A stretch of 64,000 nucleotides of DNA from an uncultured archaeon (GCA_938045545.1 CALIBN010000017.1:112-64111), one strand, 5' to 3'. Counted from the first letter of the stretch, positions 29,852 through 40,025 are shown. A program made the numbers and translations. Notes: generated by a model from the letters alone, not told the origin.

Positions 29852-30808
29852 TTAAAACCCGTAGTTCTTTCTCACCCAGGCCCCGACTTCTCTAAGCCTC
29901 TTAACCTGCTCCGGGTCAAGTTCACCGCTCGGCAGCGGTCCAACGTTTAAAAGCAGGTTTGCACCGAGCCCGTTAGCCTTCTTCAAAACGCCTATTAGTT
30001 CTTCGCTAGACTTATAGTTCTTATCATCCTTGTTGTAGCCCCAGCTGTTATTGATAGTCATGCAGGTTTCCAACGGTAGTTTTGAAACCTTGGCCTTGTT
30101 GAACCCAGCCGTGTTCTCGCCGGGAACATCCTGCTCAAATATTTGGAAATCCTCTCCGGGGAAAGGGTCGACGTGATGATTATTGCCTATGAGGGCTGAA
30201 GGCCGGAGCGAACGTATGGTTTCGTAAAGATCTGTTAAACGCCAGTCGGCGTCAGGCTTGTCCCACCATCCGTCAAACCAGAATCCTCCGGCTTCATAGT
30301 TCTCGCAAAGCTCCCTGACCTGACCAATATAGTAATCCAGATACTTTTCCCAGTTTCCACCCGGCTTCCTGCCAGCGTACTGCCCGGTTACGCCCAATGG
30401 ATAGTAATCCGGATGATGCCAGTCTAGCAGGGAGTAGTAGAAGAACACTTTAAGACCCGCCCTCCCGGCAGCCTCAACCAGCTCCCTTAAAACATCCCTG
30501 CGGAAGGGTGTTCTAGTAACCTTGTAGTCTGTGAGCCTAGAATCATACATGCAGAAGCCGTCGTGGTGCTTAGTGGTGAAAGTTATGTATTTGGCGCCAG
30601 CCTCCTTGAAAACGCTCACCCATTCGTCAGCGTTGAATCCCACGGGGTTGAAACGGTTTGCAAGCTTCTCATACTCCTGAATGCTCATTTTCTCGTTCTG
30701 CATAACCCATTCTCCCCTTCCAAGGATAGAGTATATCCCCCAGTGTATGAATATTCCGAGCCTAGCATTCCTGAACCATTCTACTGATGACTCCCTGCTG
30801 CTCATCAT
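29852..30808 (-). CDS. alpha-L-fucosidase (GH29)
   Basis: 'ARLGIFIHWGIYS' and 'TTKHHDGFCMYDS' are GH29 hallmarks. Confidence 0.85.
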   Translation of the reverse strand: MMSSRESSVEWFRNARLGIFIHWGIYSILGRGEWVMQNEKMSIQEYEKLANRFNPVGFNADEWVSVFKEAGAKYITFTTKHHDGFCMYDSRLTDYKVTRTPFRRDVLRELVEAAGRAGLKVFFYYSLLDWHHPDYYPLGVTGQYAGRKPGGNWEKYLDYYIGQVRELCENYEAGGFWFDGWWDKPDADWRLTDLYETIRSLRPSALIGNNHHVDPFPGEDFQIFEQDVPGENTAGFNKAKVSKLPLETCMTINNSWGYNKDDKNYKSSEELIGVLKKANGLGANLLLNVGPLPSGELDPEQVKRLREVGAWVRKNYGF

Positions 30809-30877
30809 GGCCTAACGCTCCCTGCTTATTTTTAAAAGTTTGCTTGAAACGTTTACGGCAACTTTAAACAGGGTGAA

Positions 30878-31885
30878 ATGTTTTTATCCCGCTACCCGTT
30901 CGGAGCGCTGATGGACTCTCGGAGACTACTCTACCTGTCCCGTTCAGACGTTGAGAAAGTGGCCCTCGACTTGAAAACCATAATTCGCCTCCTGGAGGAA
31001 GCCTTCAGGCTTAAGGGTCAGGGCCTCGTGGAAATGCCGCCTAAACCCGGTATCCACACGAAGCCAGATGCCTTCATCCACGCGATGCCTGCCTACATCC
31101 CTGGTATGAGGTACGCCGGAATAAAATGGGTGAGTGGTTATCCGGAGAACTATAAGCATGGCCTCCCCTACATAAGTGGGCTTCTCATATTGAACGACGT
31201 TGAGACGGGGCTACCCTACGCAGTCATGGACTGCACCTGGATAACTGCTTACCGGACTGGTGCCGCAACAGCCCTGTCAGCCAAATACTTAGCCAGACGG
31301 GATAGTGACACCGTCGGAATACTGGCTTGTGGCGTGCAGGGGCGTACAAACCTGGAGGCCTTAGCATCCCTGTTTAAAATAAGACGCGTCTACGCTTACG
31401 ATATTTCTAGGGAGGCGCAGGAAAAATACGTGAAGGAAATGTCTGATAAGCTTGGCGTCGAGATAATCGGGGTTAACGAGCCTAGGGAAGCCGTGGCTAA
31501 AAGCGACATCGTAGTGACCTCCGGCCCCATTTTGAAAAACCCTAGGCCGACGATCGACAGGGACTGGCTTCAACCAGGCGGTTTCGCGAGCGCAGTGGAC
31601 TTCGACAGCTACTGGAAGCCGGAGGCGCTTGCTCAATTCGACAAGATAAGCACGGATGACCATGCGCAGTTCCAATACTATAAGAGTATCGGGTATTTCT
31701 GTTCAACACCCTACCCTTACGCGGACCTGGGGGAGATAGTTAACGGGTTTAAGCCTGGAAGAGAAAGGGATGATGAGAGAACAATGGCCATGAACCTCGG
31801 ACTAGCTTTGGAGGACATGGCGGTGGCCCCTGAAATATATGGGAGGGCTTTGGAGAAAGGAGTGGGAACATGGCTGGAGCTTTGA
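30878..31885 (+). CDS. ornithine cyclodeaminase/mu-crystallin family dehydrogenase
   Basis: The N-terminal fold pattern and Rossmann 'VGILACGVQGRTNLEAL' match the OCD/mu-crystallin family. Confidence 0.75.
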   Translation: MFLSRYPFGALMDSRRLLYLSRSDVEKVALDLKTIIRLLEEAFRLKGQGLVEMPPKPGIHTKPDAFIHAMPAYIPGMRYAGIKWVSGYPENYKHGLPYISGLLILNDVETGLPYAVMDCTWITAYRTGAATALSAKYLARRDSDTVGILACGVQGRTNLEALASLFKIRRVYAYDISREAQEKYVKEMSDKLGVEIIGVNEPREAVAKSDIVVTSGPILKNPRPTIDRDWLQPGGFASAVDFDSYWKPEALAQFDKISTDDHAQFQYYKSIGYFCSTPYPYADLGEIVNGFKPGRERDDERTMAMNLGLALEDMAVAPEIYGRALEKGVGTWLEL

Positions 31886-32473
31886 AACGCGTTTAAAGTT
31901 TTTGATTATCTGAGTGTCCTCGGGATTATACGACTGGTGTTTGAGCACACTGCTATTTAGAATAAGTCTCCGTTTCTTTCATTTTGCCACAAGATGGTTT
32001 AATCATAGCCACAGCGTCGTGTAGCGCTCATCAACAAGTAGCAAAGTATGAATCTAAATCCTGGTTGAAAACAGGCATGTAGAAGCAATTCGCGCCCAGT
32101 CTTAAGCATGCTTAGCCATCAGATTCATGCTCAGGCATCTCTCAGCAGTATAGCATGTTAACCACGTGTCATTAATTGGCTGGGCTTCAGGTTGAAAACT
32201 AGTCGGCGAAGATAGATGACTTCTCCTCTTTTTTCCAGGGTGTAGGCGTCAATTGCATAAGGCTTCGAATCCGGTTGGGGGCTTCTGGTTCCTCAAAGCT
32301 GAGTTTCGACGCCTTTATTCAGCGAGTAAGGCAAACCAAAGCAGGCCTTAAGTTCTCTAAAACATGCCTATTCTCTTTCCCGGTTGCATAGCAAAATGTT
32401 TTTATTTAAAGAATTGGCTGCAACATTAGGATTGCAGTTTAAAACTGCTCCGTCTGAGGAAGAGCTTAGGAAA

Positions 32474-33136
32474 ATGCTCAGCGACTACTCTCACGCCATA
32501 TACGTCGCTAAGCTGGCCACTGGACCAGGTGGAACGTTAAGCGCAAAGCTGAACCATGGAGGAACAATACTCGTTAAGCCGAGCGGCTTCAACCTTGGGG
32601 AGCTTAAGCCTGAGGACTTTGTAGAAGTAGAATTGAAGACGCTTAGGGTGGTGAAAGGAGTTTTAAAGCCCTCCATGGAGGTGGGGGTTCTAGCAAGCTG
32701 CCACCTGGCTAGAGACGATGTTAACGCTGTCATACATGCCCACCCGCCTTTCTGCATAGCCCTGACAACTGTTGGGCTCAACCTGAATACCCCCCTCTAC
32801 CCTGATCACGCGGTTTTCCTGGAGAAGGTTGCAAACCTACCGTTCTACCCGCCGGGCTCAGAGGAGCTGGCTGAAGCAGCCGGGGAGGCTGCGAGAAAGC
32901 ATGACTGCATGCTTTTGAAGAACCACGGGGTAATCACTCTCGGCTCGTCGCTCAGAGAAGCATACTACAGGCTGGAGATAATGGAGGAGAGCGCTAAGAT
33001 AACTGTTTTCTCCTGGATTCTGGCTGGGCTGCTTAAACCAGGAGGGAGGCCTGAATCCCTTTCAGCTGAGCAGGCTGAAGCCATCCGGAGGCTTCAAGCA
33101 GAGGCGTATAGGAGGAGCCTAGCGAAAAACTGGTGA
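32474..33136 (+). CDS. class II aldolase/adducin-family protein (L-fuculose/L-rhamnulose-1-phosphate aldolase-like)
   Basis: 'TLSAKLNHGGTILVKPSGFNLGELKPEDFVEV' and the His-rich 'VIHAHPPFCIAL'. Start placed at the internal ATG at 32474. The ORF track begins at 32384. Confidence 0.7.
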   Translation: MLSDYSHAIYVAKLATGPGGTLSAKLNHGGTILVKPSGFNLGELKPEDFVEVELKTLRVVKGVLKPSMEVGVLASCHLARDDVNAVIHAHPPFCIALTTVGLNLNTPLYPDHAVFLEKVANLPFYPPGSEELAEAAGEAARKHDCMLLKNHGVITLGSSLREAYYRLEIMEESAKITVFSWILAGLLKPGGRPESLSAEQAEAIRRLQAEAYRRSLAKNW

Positions 33137-33197
33137 CCTTAATTAAAGCACAAGGCTCTGCGATGGTCTCGATTACTCGGCCTGGTTAGTCGGAGTG

Positions 33198-34751
33198 CTA
33201 CTGGGCCTCAAGACTCTTTAGTTCCTTGAAATCCTCCCTAAGAGCTTCGTAGAGGCTCCTGTAGACCCTGTATAGCTGCCCGTATTTCAAAGCCGCCTCT
33301 TGAACCGGCTTAATCGTCTCGCTGCTAGTCAACCATTCGTTTATAACCTCATACCCCTTAAGAGCCCCGGTTCCAACCCCTGCGAGCAGAGCGTCACCGT
33401 AGGGCGCGCCTATGCTTGCAGCCAAGTACTCCACATCCCTGTTTAAAACGTCTGTTATAATCCTCCTCCAGACTCTTGACTTTGCCCCACCGTTGACGAG
33501 TATCGCTCTCCTCAAAGGAATCCCGGTTTCTACAGCTGTTTCAACGCAGTATCTTATGGCGTACGCAATGCCCTCTAGAATAGCCCTATACATGTGGGCT
33601 TTAGTATGGTTCAGCGTTAAGCCGAAGAAAACCCCCCTGACATACTCGTCCCACCACGGGGCTCTCTCGCCAACCATCATGTGGGGGAGAAATATCAGCC
33701 CATCGGACCCAGCCGGAACCCTTTCAGCCTCCATGTCCAGTATGCTGTAGGCGCTTAAACCAGTCTCTCTCGCAAGCATGCTTTCAACGCTTCCAAGATT
33801 GTCCCTGAACCACCTGATCGCGTAGCCCGCGGTTATGATTCCCGCGAAAGAATAGAACTTCCTGTCGTCATACGCCACGTGGGAATAGTTTATGAGCTTC
33901 GGGGAGAACCTAGGCTCATCCTGGATAAAACCGTTGCAGACTGAGGTGCCCAGCATCATCGCGAGCTCGCCGTCGCCGAGCGCGCCGACCCCTAGAGCAG
34001 ACATAGGCGCGTCTATCCCCCCGGCGCAGACAGGAGTACCCTTAGCAAGGCCGCTTAGCTCAGCACCCTGCGAAGAAACCTCGCCTACAACATCCTTAGA
34101 CATGCTTACCTTCTCAGGGAAAAAGCTCCTAGGTATTCCCAGGTCTCTCATCAGTTCCTCGGCGAACCTTCTCTCCTTCGGGTTGAAAATCCCACCGTAG
34201 TTGCCTATTGAAGAATAGTCAACCGATACTTCTCCGGTGAGCCTGTATACACAGTAGGCGTTAGGTGTTACCAGCTGATGGATCCTGCTCCAAACCTGCG
34301 GCTCATTCCTCTTTATCCAGAGCATCTTAGTATACCCGTAGTATGGGTCTATCGTGTTGCAGGTTTCTTTGAAAACCCTTTCCTCCCCTATGTTCTCCCT
34401 GATCCACCTGCACTCCTCAGTCGCCCTCCTGTCAGCCCATATTAAGCATGGTCTAAGAGGCTTCATCTCCCTGTCGCACGGTATTCCTGAGCCGCCGTAG
34501 AGGCTGCTTACGCAGTATCCCGCTATGTCACGCGGATCGATCGTTGCCTTCTTAATAACGTCTTTAATAGTATGGCATAATGCTTGAAACCATACGTCGG
34601 GCCACTGTTCAGCCCAGCCTGTTTTAAGAGTTATCACGCCGTACTCGGCTGTTGAGCTAGCCACCTCCCTGCCCTCCGCGTCGACAAGAATTGTTTTCGT
34701 CGCAGAAGTCCCTATGTCTGAACCTAGGAGAAACCCTCCCAACTTTAACAC
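33198..34751 (-). CDS. FGGY-family sugar kinase (xylulo-/rhamnulo-/fuculokinase-like)
   Basis: N-terminal 'LGSDIGTSATKTILVD' and overall FGGY architecture. 517 aa. Confidence 0.8.
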   Translation of the reverse strand: MLKLGGFLLGSDIGTSATKTILVDAEGREVASSTAEYGVITLKTGWAEQWPDVWFQALCHTIKDVIKKATIDPRDIAGYCVSSLYGGSGIPCDREMKPLRPCLIWADRRATEECRWIRENIGEERVFKETCNTIDPYYGYTKMLWIKRNEPQVWSRIHQLVTPNAYCVYRLTGEVSVDYSSIGNYGGIFNPKERRFAEELMRDLGIPRSFFPEKVSMSKDVVGEVSSQGAELSGLAKGTPVCAGGIDAPMSALGVGALGDGELAMMLGTSVCNGFIQDEPRFSPKLINYSHVAYDDRKFYSFAGIITAGYAIRWFRDNLGSVESMLARETGLSAYSILDMEAERVPAGSDGLIFLPHMMVGERAPWWDEYVRGVFFGLTLNHTKAHMYRAILEGIAYAIRYCVETAVETGIPLRRAILVNGGAKSRVWRRIITDVLNRDVEYLAASIGAPYGDALLAGVGTGALKGYEVINEWLTSSETIKPVQEAALKYGQLYRVYRSLYEALREDFKELKSLEAQ

Positions 34752-34905
34752 CTTAACTGGAATGCAATAACAACTTTTAAATTTATCGTGGCTAGGAATG
34801 TTGCTTTATTCATCCTCGAGAGTAATGCTATTGCCAACGCAGCCTTAGTTTTTGAAGCTTTAAGGCTGTCTCCCGCTGAGACAGCGTGCTGAATTATTTC
34901 AGAAG

Positions 34906-36078
34906 TCAAGACGTTAAAATTATTTTCTTAACGAAGCTAATTATTTCAGCCTGGTCCCCGTTTTCCCTAACCTTCTCGAACTCTTCTCTCCTACTGTATA
35001 TCAATAGGGCTTTTTTCGCCAGGTTTGCGAAAAGCTCCTTAGATAGGCGCATGGCTTTCACAGGATTCATCCTGTATGTGAACTGGTCCTCGCCGAACCA
35101 GCCCTCGTAACCAGTGTCAACCGCAGCATATATGAAGTCAACCATCCTCCAGATGTCTCCAGTGCCGAAAACGCGGTCTTCATCGTTGCTGTGCAACTTG
35201 GCCGTGTTGATGTGGAAGTTGACGAGCGGAACTCCGAAGGCCTTCAAAGCGTAAACCGTGGCGGCGGGCTCAACAGCATACATGGCCTCATGCCCGTAGT
35301 CGACGCATACACCCATGTTAGTCCCCCCGCTCCTCTCGTTAACGGTCTTCGCCACTAGGGCTGCCAGATGGGTCGTCGGAATCACCATGTTCCCCTCCCT
35401 GGGCTCATGCAGCTTAGCCTCGACGCCGAACACTAGGCCCGCCTTCTTAGCCTCCCTGTTTATCATCTCGCAGCCATCTATGAAAAGCTCAAGCTGCCTT
35501 CCATAGTTAACCTCGAAATTATAATCCCAGCCGTCGGCTCCAGGCCAAAGAGAGACGCTGCCGCATCCAATCTCCTTAGCCAGTTCAACAGCTTGGAAGG
35601 CTATTTGAAGAGCATCCTCCCTGACCCTCCTAGAGGGGTTCGTTATGCCGCCTAGCTTCCACTTAGGGTCCGTCCAAAGATTAGTGTTCATGTTCGTAGG
35701 CGTCAACTCCAGTTTCTCAAGTTCAGCCTTAACCTCGCTAACAATGCTTTCAACCTTCCTGTAGTTTGAATCTATGAACAGCACGTCGTGAAACTCAACG
35801 CCCTGGATCCCCGCCTCCTTAACCCTTTTGAGCTGGGAAATAATGTCGCTCTTGAAATCAGGATCGTCACTGTTATACCCTCTGGTGGCGAACCTGTCCA
35901 GGAAATCGCCAGCAGCCCAGTGGCCGGCTGCAAACTTTATTCCAAAGTCTTTTAAAAAACTGTCCACCGTCTCGCCCTCAAGATACCCTGAGTACTCTTC
36001 CCCGAGCTTCCTGAAAACTTCTCCACCCGCCTTCATTTGTCTTAAAAAAAGTTTTGAAACTAAATAAGTTTTTCTCAA
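34906..36078 (-). CDS. xylose-isomerase-like TIM-barrel sugar isomerase (possibly L-rhamnose isomerase type)
   Basis: Metal-ligand pattern E..D..H..E across 'GVEFHD', 'FGVEAKLHEP', 'VCVDYGHE' and 'GEDQF'. 390 aa. Confidence 0.55.
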   Translation of the reverse strand: MRKTYLVSKLFLRQMKAGGEVFRKLGEEYSGYLEGETVDSFLKDFGIKFAAGHWAAGDFLDRFATRGYNSDDPDFKSDIISQLKRVKEAGIQGVEFHDVLFIDSNYRKVESIVSEVKAELEKLELTPTNMNTNLWTDPKWKLGGITNPSRRVREDALQIAFQAVELAKEIGCGSVSLWPGADGWDYNFEVNYGRQLELFIDGCEMINREAKKAGLVFGVEAKLHEPREGNMVIPTTHLAALVAKTVNERSGGTNMGVCVDYGHEAMYAVEPAATVYALKAFGVPLVNFHINTAKLHSNDEDRVFGTGDIWRMVDFIYAAVDTGYEGWFGEDQFTYRMNPVKAMRLSKELFANLAKKALLIYSRREEFEKVRENGDQAEIISFVKKIILTS

Positions 36079-36234
36079 GTCTCCCCCACGTTAATCCTCA
36101 ACCTGCGGGAATTAGAGTGCAGAGCCTCAAGCTTCCTCAAACTACTTAACTCAGCCCCTGCTTAGGCTGATGCACATGCTTTTTCCACAATGTTTCTCTA
36201 CAAGTTTAAAAACCGTTCCCCAAACCCCTTTCCC

Positions 36235-36894
36235 ATGCGTCTTAAGGTTAGGGCGGTGCTGTTCGACCTGGACGGAACCCTGGTCGAAACATTCGAAGCA
36301 TTCCACATCATGGTTAACGATATTTTGAGGAGGTTCAACATGCCTGAGAGAAGCTTCACTGAGAACGCTAGGCTAGTCGGGAAGACTTCTAGAACAATAG
36401 CTGAGACGATTGCTAGGGAAACAGGGTTAAACATGAGCCTGGAGGAGCTTTCAAAAATGATGATTAGAGAATGGATCTACACGTACATGCCTAAATACGG
36501 CAAGCTCTATCCTGATGCTCAGGAGACGCTTAGAGAGCTGAAGAGGAGGGGCTACCTGCTTGGAGTAGTGTCGAACACGAGCAGGGAGGAGTTGCCGAAC
36601 TACTTGGAAAGCTTCAAAATAGGAGGCTTCTTCGACGTGACTGTTTCCGCCGGAGATGCGGAGAAGCCTAAGCCTGCGCCTGAGCCTGTTCTAAAGGCTG
36701 CTGAAGCACTGGGCGTGAAGCCGGGGGAGGCTGTGATGATCGGGGACAGGCCGGAGGACATTGAATCCGGGAAGGCTGCGGGCACATACACGGTGGCAGT
36801 GTTAAGAAGCATTAGGCCGAGAGCCGAGATTGAAGCCGCTCAACCAGATTTTATGATAACCTGCTTATCCGAAGTACTTTCAATACTCTCTTGA
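36235..36894 (+). CDS. HAD-superfamily hydrolase (phosphoglycolate phosphatase-like)
   Basis: HAD motif I 'VRAVLFDLDGTLVE'. Motifs II-IV are recognisable ('VVSNTS', 'MIGDRPEDI'). Start placed at the internal ATG at 36235. Confidence 0.75.
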   Translation: MRLKVRAVLFDLDGTLVETFEAFHIMVNDILRRFNMPERSFTENARLVGKTSRTIAETIARETGLNMSLEELSKMMIREWIYTYMPKYGKLYPDAQETLRELKRRGYLLGVVSNTSREELPNYLESFKIGGFFDVTVSAGDAEKPKPAPEPVLKAAEALGVKPGEAVMIGDRPEDIESGKAAGTYTVAVLRSIRPRAEIEAAQPDFMITCLSEVLSILS

Positions 36895-36998
36895 AATAAA
36901 TTTTTAGAGAAGTCAACGAGTTTTTCCTTGGGAAAGAGCATATGCGGGTTTAGCTGGCCTCAGAAAATTTTCACGGTAGGAATGCATGATAAAAAATC

Positions 36999-37598
36999 TT
37001 ACTTTAAAGCTTCTTTCGAAACATAAATGTTAAAAGACATGGTCTCTGCACCATGCTTCCTTAAAATACTTAGAATAACATTGGAATTCTCCTCGGGCAA
37101 GAGTACACACCCATCGGCGATCCTGACACCTCCAAGCTTCTCGACAAGACCCTTACTACGCCTCCTGCCGTAAAGCCTGTAGATAAGCCTCATCTTATCA
37201 CTCTGACCAAGCCTACTCATGCTGTACGCTATGAGCACCATGCGCTTGAAGTTAGGAGGAGCAAGAAAAGACTGAAACGGGTACTTAGAGTAAAGCAGGA
37301 CACCGTGTCCCAGAACCTCGTTCAAGAAAGTAGGCTCGCTCCCGGCAAACTCGTTAAGGCTCTTCGGAATGAGATGGACAAGCAGGTTAAGCCCGCCCAC
37401 CTTCTGGAAAAGCTCGTCCCACCTGCGCCACATGCTCTCCTTATCGCTGAAAACCACAAGCAGGTCGAGGTCGGAATACTCGTCGAAGTCGCCCCTGGCA
37501 ACGCTGCCGAAAAGTATTATCGCGATAACCTCCTTGATGGAGGAAACAACCTCGGTTAAACTACTTAAATCGGATTCCAGCTTTTCTCTCGAAAGCAT
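36999..37598 (-). CDS. nucleotidyltransferase-domain protein (MNT-like, putative antitoxin/toxin partner)
   Basis: 'ILFGSVARGDFDEYSDLDLLVVF' is a minimal-nucleotidyltransferase signature. 199 aa with an extra C-terminal domain. Confidence 0.6.
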   Translation of the reverse strand: MLSREKLESDLSSLTEVVSSIKEVIAIILFGSVARGDFDEYSDLDLLVVFSDKESMWRRWDELFQKVGGLNLLVHLIPKSLNEFAGSEPTFLNEVLGHGVLLYSKYPFQSFLAPPNFKRMVLIAYSMSRLGQSDKMRLIYRLYGRRRSKGLVEKLGGVRIADGCVLLPEENSNVILSILRKHGAETMSFNIYVSKEALK

Positions 37599-37929
37599 CT
37601 AGAATCACCTCCATGGCCTCCAAAACCTTCTTAGCCCTCTCGCCATCCACCCCCTCATAGCCGAGCACCCCGTAAGCTCCCCAGAGCATATCCACATAAC
37701 CGGAAAGCTCAGGGAACCTCTTCTTAACCCACATCATCCTTTTAGCATGCGCACTCCTGGGACTGGCATGGAAATGCAGGTTCTCGAGAGAAGCCAACGC
37801 TTCTATGGCCTGCTCCACGGCTTTAATGGCCAAATCCCCTACTACTGTGTACCTCTTCTTTTCATACTCTTCAACGGCTGCAGCCCTCTTCTCCGCCGAC
37901 AACCCACGATGGTGCTCCATGTTGCCCAT
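37561..37929 (-). CDS. HEPN-domain protein (partner of the adjacent nucleotidyltransferase)
   Basis: 122-aa helical protein next to the MNT gene. HEPN-like 'AIKAVEQAIEALASL...HASPRSAHAKR'. Overlaps the MNT start by 38 nt. Confidence 0.45.
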   Translation of the reverse strand: MGNMEHHRGLSAEKRAAAVEEYEKKRYTVVGDLAIKAVEQAIEALASLENLHFHASPRSAHAKRMMWVKKRFPELSGYVDMLWGAYGVLGYEGVDGERAKKVLEAMEVILDAFERKAGIRFK

Positions 37930-38329
37930 ATCGCTAGTCTTATAAATAAGATAAAAACTTACTTATAAACCTTGGTACAGCGCCTATGATTGCAGTTGGA
38001 GAAGCCTAGAACCCTTTTAATCTCGAATAGTGCATTTGTCTCTTGCCATGGAACCGAAAATGTAAGCCTGCTTTCCAAGCTAGTTAAAATCGGATGTGGA
38101 GAAGTAAAACGCGGCGGCAAATAGCCGACCCTGTATACCGGCATGCGTTAAGAATAAAGCAAAAACCATAATCCTAAAAGGCATAGCAGTACTTAATGTT
38201 AATTCAATAGTTTGTAGGGAGAAGCCTATTCATTAGACTGAGACTGGCTGCAAATCAATAATTCGTCCTCAAGGCCTAATTAAACTTCTGTTAGCGTGCT
38301 TGTTTAGGATTTAAGTATTAGGAAAAGGT

Positions 38330-38974
38330 ATGCTTAAATACTTTCTGGGGAAATTCATTTTTAGAGGGATGAGTAAGCTGAAAGAAGAGTTTCTAGAACT
38401 GCTTGATAAGGATAAGGAGTTCCGTTACACCGTGGCAGGTTATTTAGGGTTATCAGATGTTTTGAAAAGCCTAGATAGGCTGGGAGAAGGCCAGAACAAG
38501 CTTTGGGAGGAGGTTAGGCTATTGAGAGAAGGCCAGAACAAGCTTTGGGAGGAGGTTAGGGAGTTACGTACAACTCAAAACAGGATTGCAATAACTCTCG
38601 ACAGATTAACGATATCGGTTGAAGAAGAGGGGCTTGACGTTATTAAACATAGGTTGAAAAACGAGCTAGGTTTAGAAGTTGAACTAGCCAGGATATTCAT
38701 AGGCGATAAAGAGATAAATATCTACGGTGCTAAAGGCGACACCTGTATAATCGGCGAGGCGACGGTAAGGCTTGGAATAAGCCTGATACGCGAATTGGAG
38801 GAGAAAATAGAAGTCTTAAAAAGAATGAGACCTGAATTGATCAAACCCAAGATGATTAAAGTTATTTACACAGATTATGCTGTCCCAAGCGCCCTAGACC
38901 TGGCGAGGGAGCATGACATATGGGTTTTAAACTGGAGAGGGGACTTAACTCCACGAAAGACGCTCTACTCCTGA
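38330..38974 (+). CDS. hypothetical coiled-coil protein with in-frame 14-aa tandem duplication; the C-terminal half may be nuclease-like
   Basis: 'EGQNKLWEEVRLLR' is repeated directly as 'EGQNKLWEEVRELR'. C-terminal 'GDTCIIGEATVRLG' vaguely resembles the PD-(D/E)xK fold. Confidence 0.4.
   Translation: MLKYFLGKFIFRGMSKLKEEFLELLDKDKEFRYTVAGYLGLSDVLKSLDRLGEGQNKLWEEVRLLREGQNKLWEEVRELRTTQNRIAITLDRLTISVEEEGLDVIKHRLKNELGLEVELARIFIGDKEINIYGAKGDTCIIGEATVRLGISLIRELEEKIEVLKRMRPELIKPKMIKVIYTDYAVPSALDLAREHDIWVLNWRGDLTPRKTLYS
38489..38560 (+). repeat. 42-nt period in-frame tandem duplication inside CDS 38330-38974
   Basis: 'ggccagaacaagctttgggaggaggttagg' occurs at 38489-38518 and again at 38531-38560, identical over 30 nt. 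Confidence 0.8.
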
Positions 38975-39048
38975 ACCATAACGTAGCCAAATATAAGCTA
39001 TTTCTATCTCCAATATTCCATAATCTCAGATTCTCAGGTAACGCGCTG

Positions 39049-39474
39049 CTACTTGTATTCTCTCGGGTCTATTCTTCTGGTGAACTTAATTTTGTCTAAT
39101 TCTTTATCGGCTGAAATAACTTCCCAAACGATGTTTGTCTCCATTGTTGCAGCATGAACATAGTCTACGCCAGTAACCGGATAAGTATATTCTGAAGCCC
39201 TTTTAATGATTAAGAAGTTTAAGTCAAACCAAACGATTGGAAGCGATAGGATTGCGTCAACATTTTTCCTTACATCCAAAGGCCTCTTGCCTCTTTCCTC
39301 AATCATTTTATTTATTTTCGTAAGGACATTGATTATCTCTACCAAAACTAAAATGGATGCACATGCTTTAAGTCTACCTTTCTCTATATCTAAAAGTATT
39401 CTTTTACAGGCCTCTCCGTATTCTGGATGATTTTCTATAGCGTAAATGAAAACATTCGCATCGATATAAATCAT
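39049..39474 (-). CDS. vapC: PIN-domain ribonuclease VapC (toxin)
   Basis: 'MIYIDANVFIYAIENHPEYGEACKRIL' is a typical PIN N-terminus. 141 aa. Overlaps the upstream antitoxin by 4 bp. Confidence 0.8.
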   Translation of the reverse strand: MIYIDANVFIYAIENHPEYGEACKRILLDIEKGRLKACASILVLVEIINVLTKINKMIEERGKRPLDVRKNVDAILSLPIVWFDLNFLIIKRASEYTYPVTGVDYVHAATMETNIVWEVISADKELDKIKFTRRIDPREYK

Positions 39475-39707
39475 TTGAATTCCTCTCTAGCTTCCCTTAC
39501 GAGTTTTACGGCATCTAGATCAAGCTTTATCTGGGAAGTCAGAAATTCTACAGGATTTTTCACCTTTCTCGGCACATCTACAACAACCATCCCCCTAACC
39601 ACATGCCATTCAACCTTCTCCCCAGGCCTTACTCCAAGATGCTTTCTTATTTTTCGCGGTATGGTTGTCTGATACTTAATAGTCACCTTACTTTCCTCTC
39701 TATTCAT
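39471..39707 (-). CDS. vapB: AbrB/SpoVT-type antitoxin VapB
   Basis: 'VTIKYQTTIPRKIRKHLGVRPGEKVEW' is a swapped-hairpin AbrB/MazE-type domain. 78 aa. Confidence 0.7.
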   Translation of the reverse strand: MNREESKVTIKYQTTIPRKIRKHLGVRPGEKVEWHVVRGMVVVDVPRKVKNPVEFLTSQIKLDLDAVKLVREAREEFK

Positions 39708-39806
39708 GTCAAAGTATTACAGGTAATACTATTTAAATTTTCCCTTAGCACCTAGTTTCAGCTGGATAGGCGGAAAGAAGAGTGGAATAAGCGCGCTAGA
39801 TTTCTC

Positions 39807-40025
39807 TTAATTCCCTGATGAGCTTGCGTAAAAACTGAACATTTTTTCATCCGTTACATGGAATTCGAAGGGCTCGTCAAACCCTTCCTTCCTCAGCTTT
39901 GCAATAACTTCACAAGGCTTCAATTTCGTTAAGATTAGTATGTCTATGTCGCTGGTTAACACGTACTCTTCTCTTGCTACGGAACCGAAAAGAAAAACCC
40001 TAGGCTCTTCGTCTGCCTTGCTCAT
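39807..40025 (-). CDS. minimal nucleotidyltransferase (MNT), orphan
   Basis: 'VFLFGSVAREEYVLTSDIDILILT'. 72 aa. Confidence 0.65.
   Translation of the reverse strand: MSKADEEPRVFLFGSVAREEYVLTSDIDILILTKLKPCEVIAKLRKEGFDEPFEFHVTDEKMFSFYASSSGN

Noticed and set aside
32264-32272. A 'TTCGAATCC' T-loop-like motif inside the 500-bp spacer upstream of the aldolase gene, which raised the possibility of a tRNA.
   Set aside because: The flanking sequence does not form a T-stem, and no D-arm or anticodon-arm pattern is present on either strand. It is probably a chance match. An intron-containing or split tRNA cannot be fully excluded without tRNAscan.
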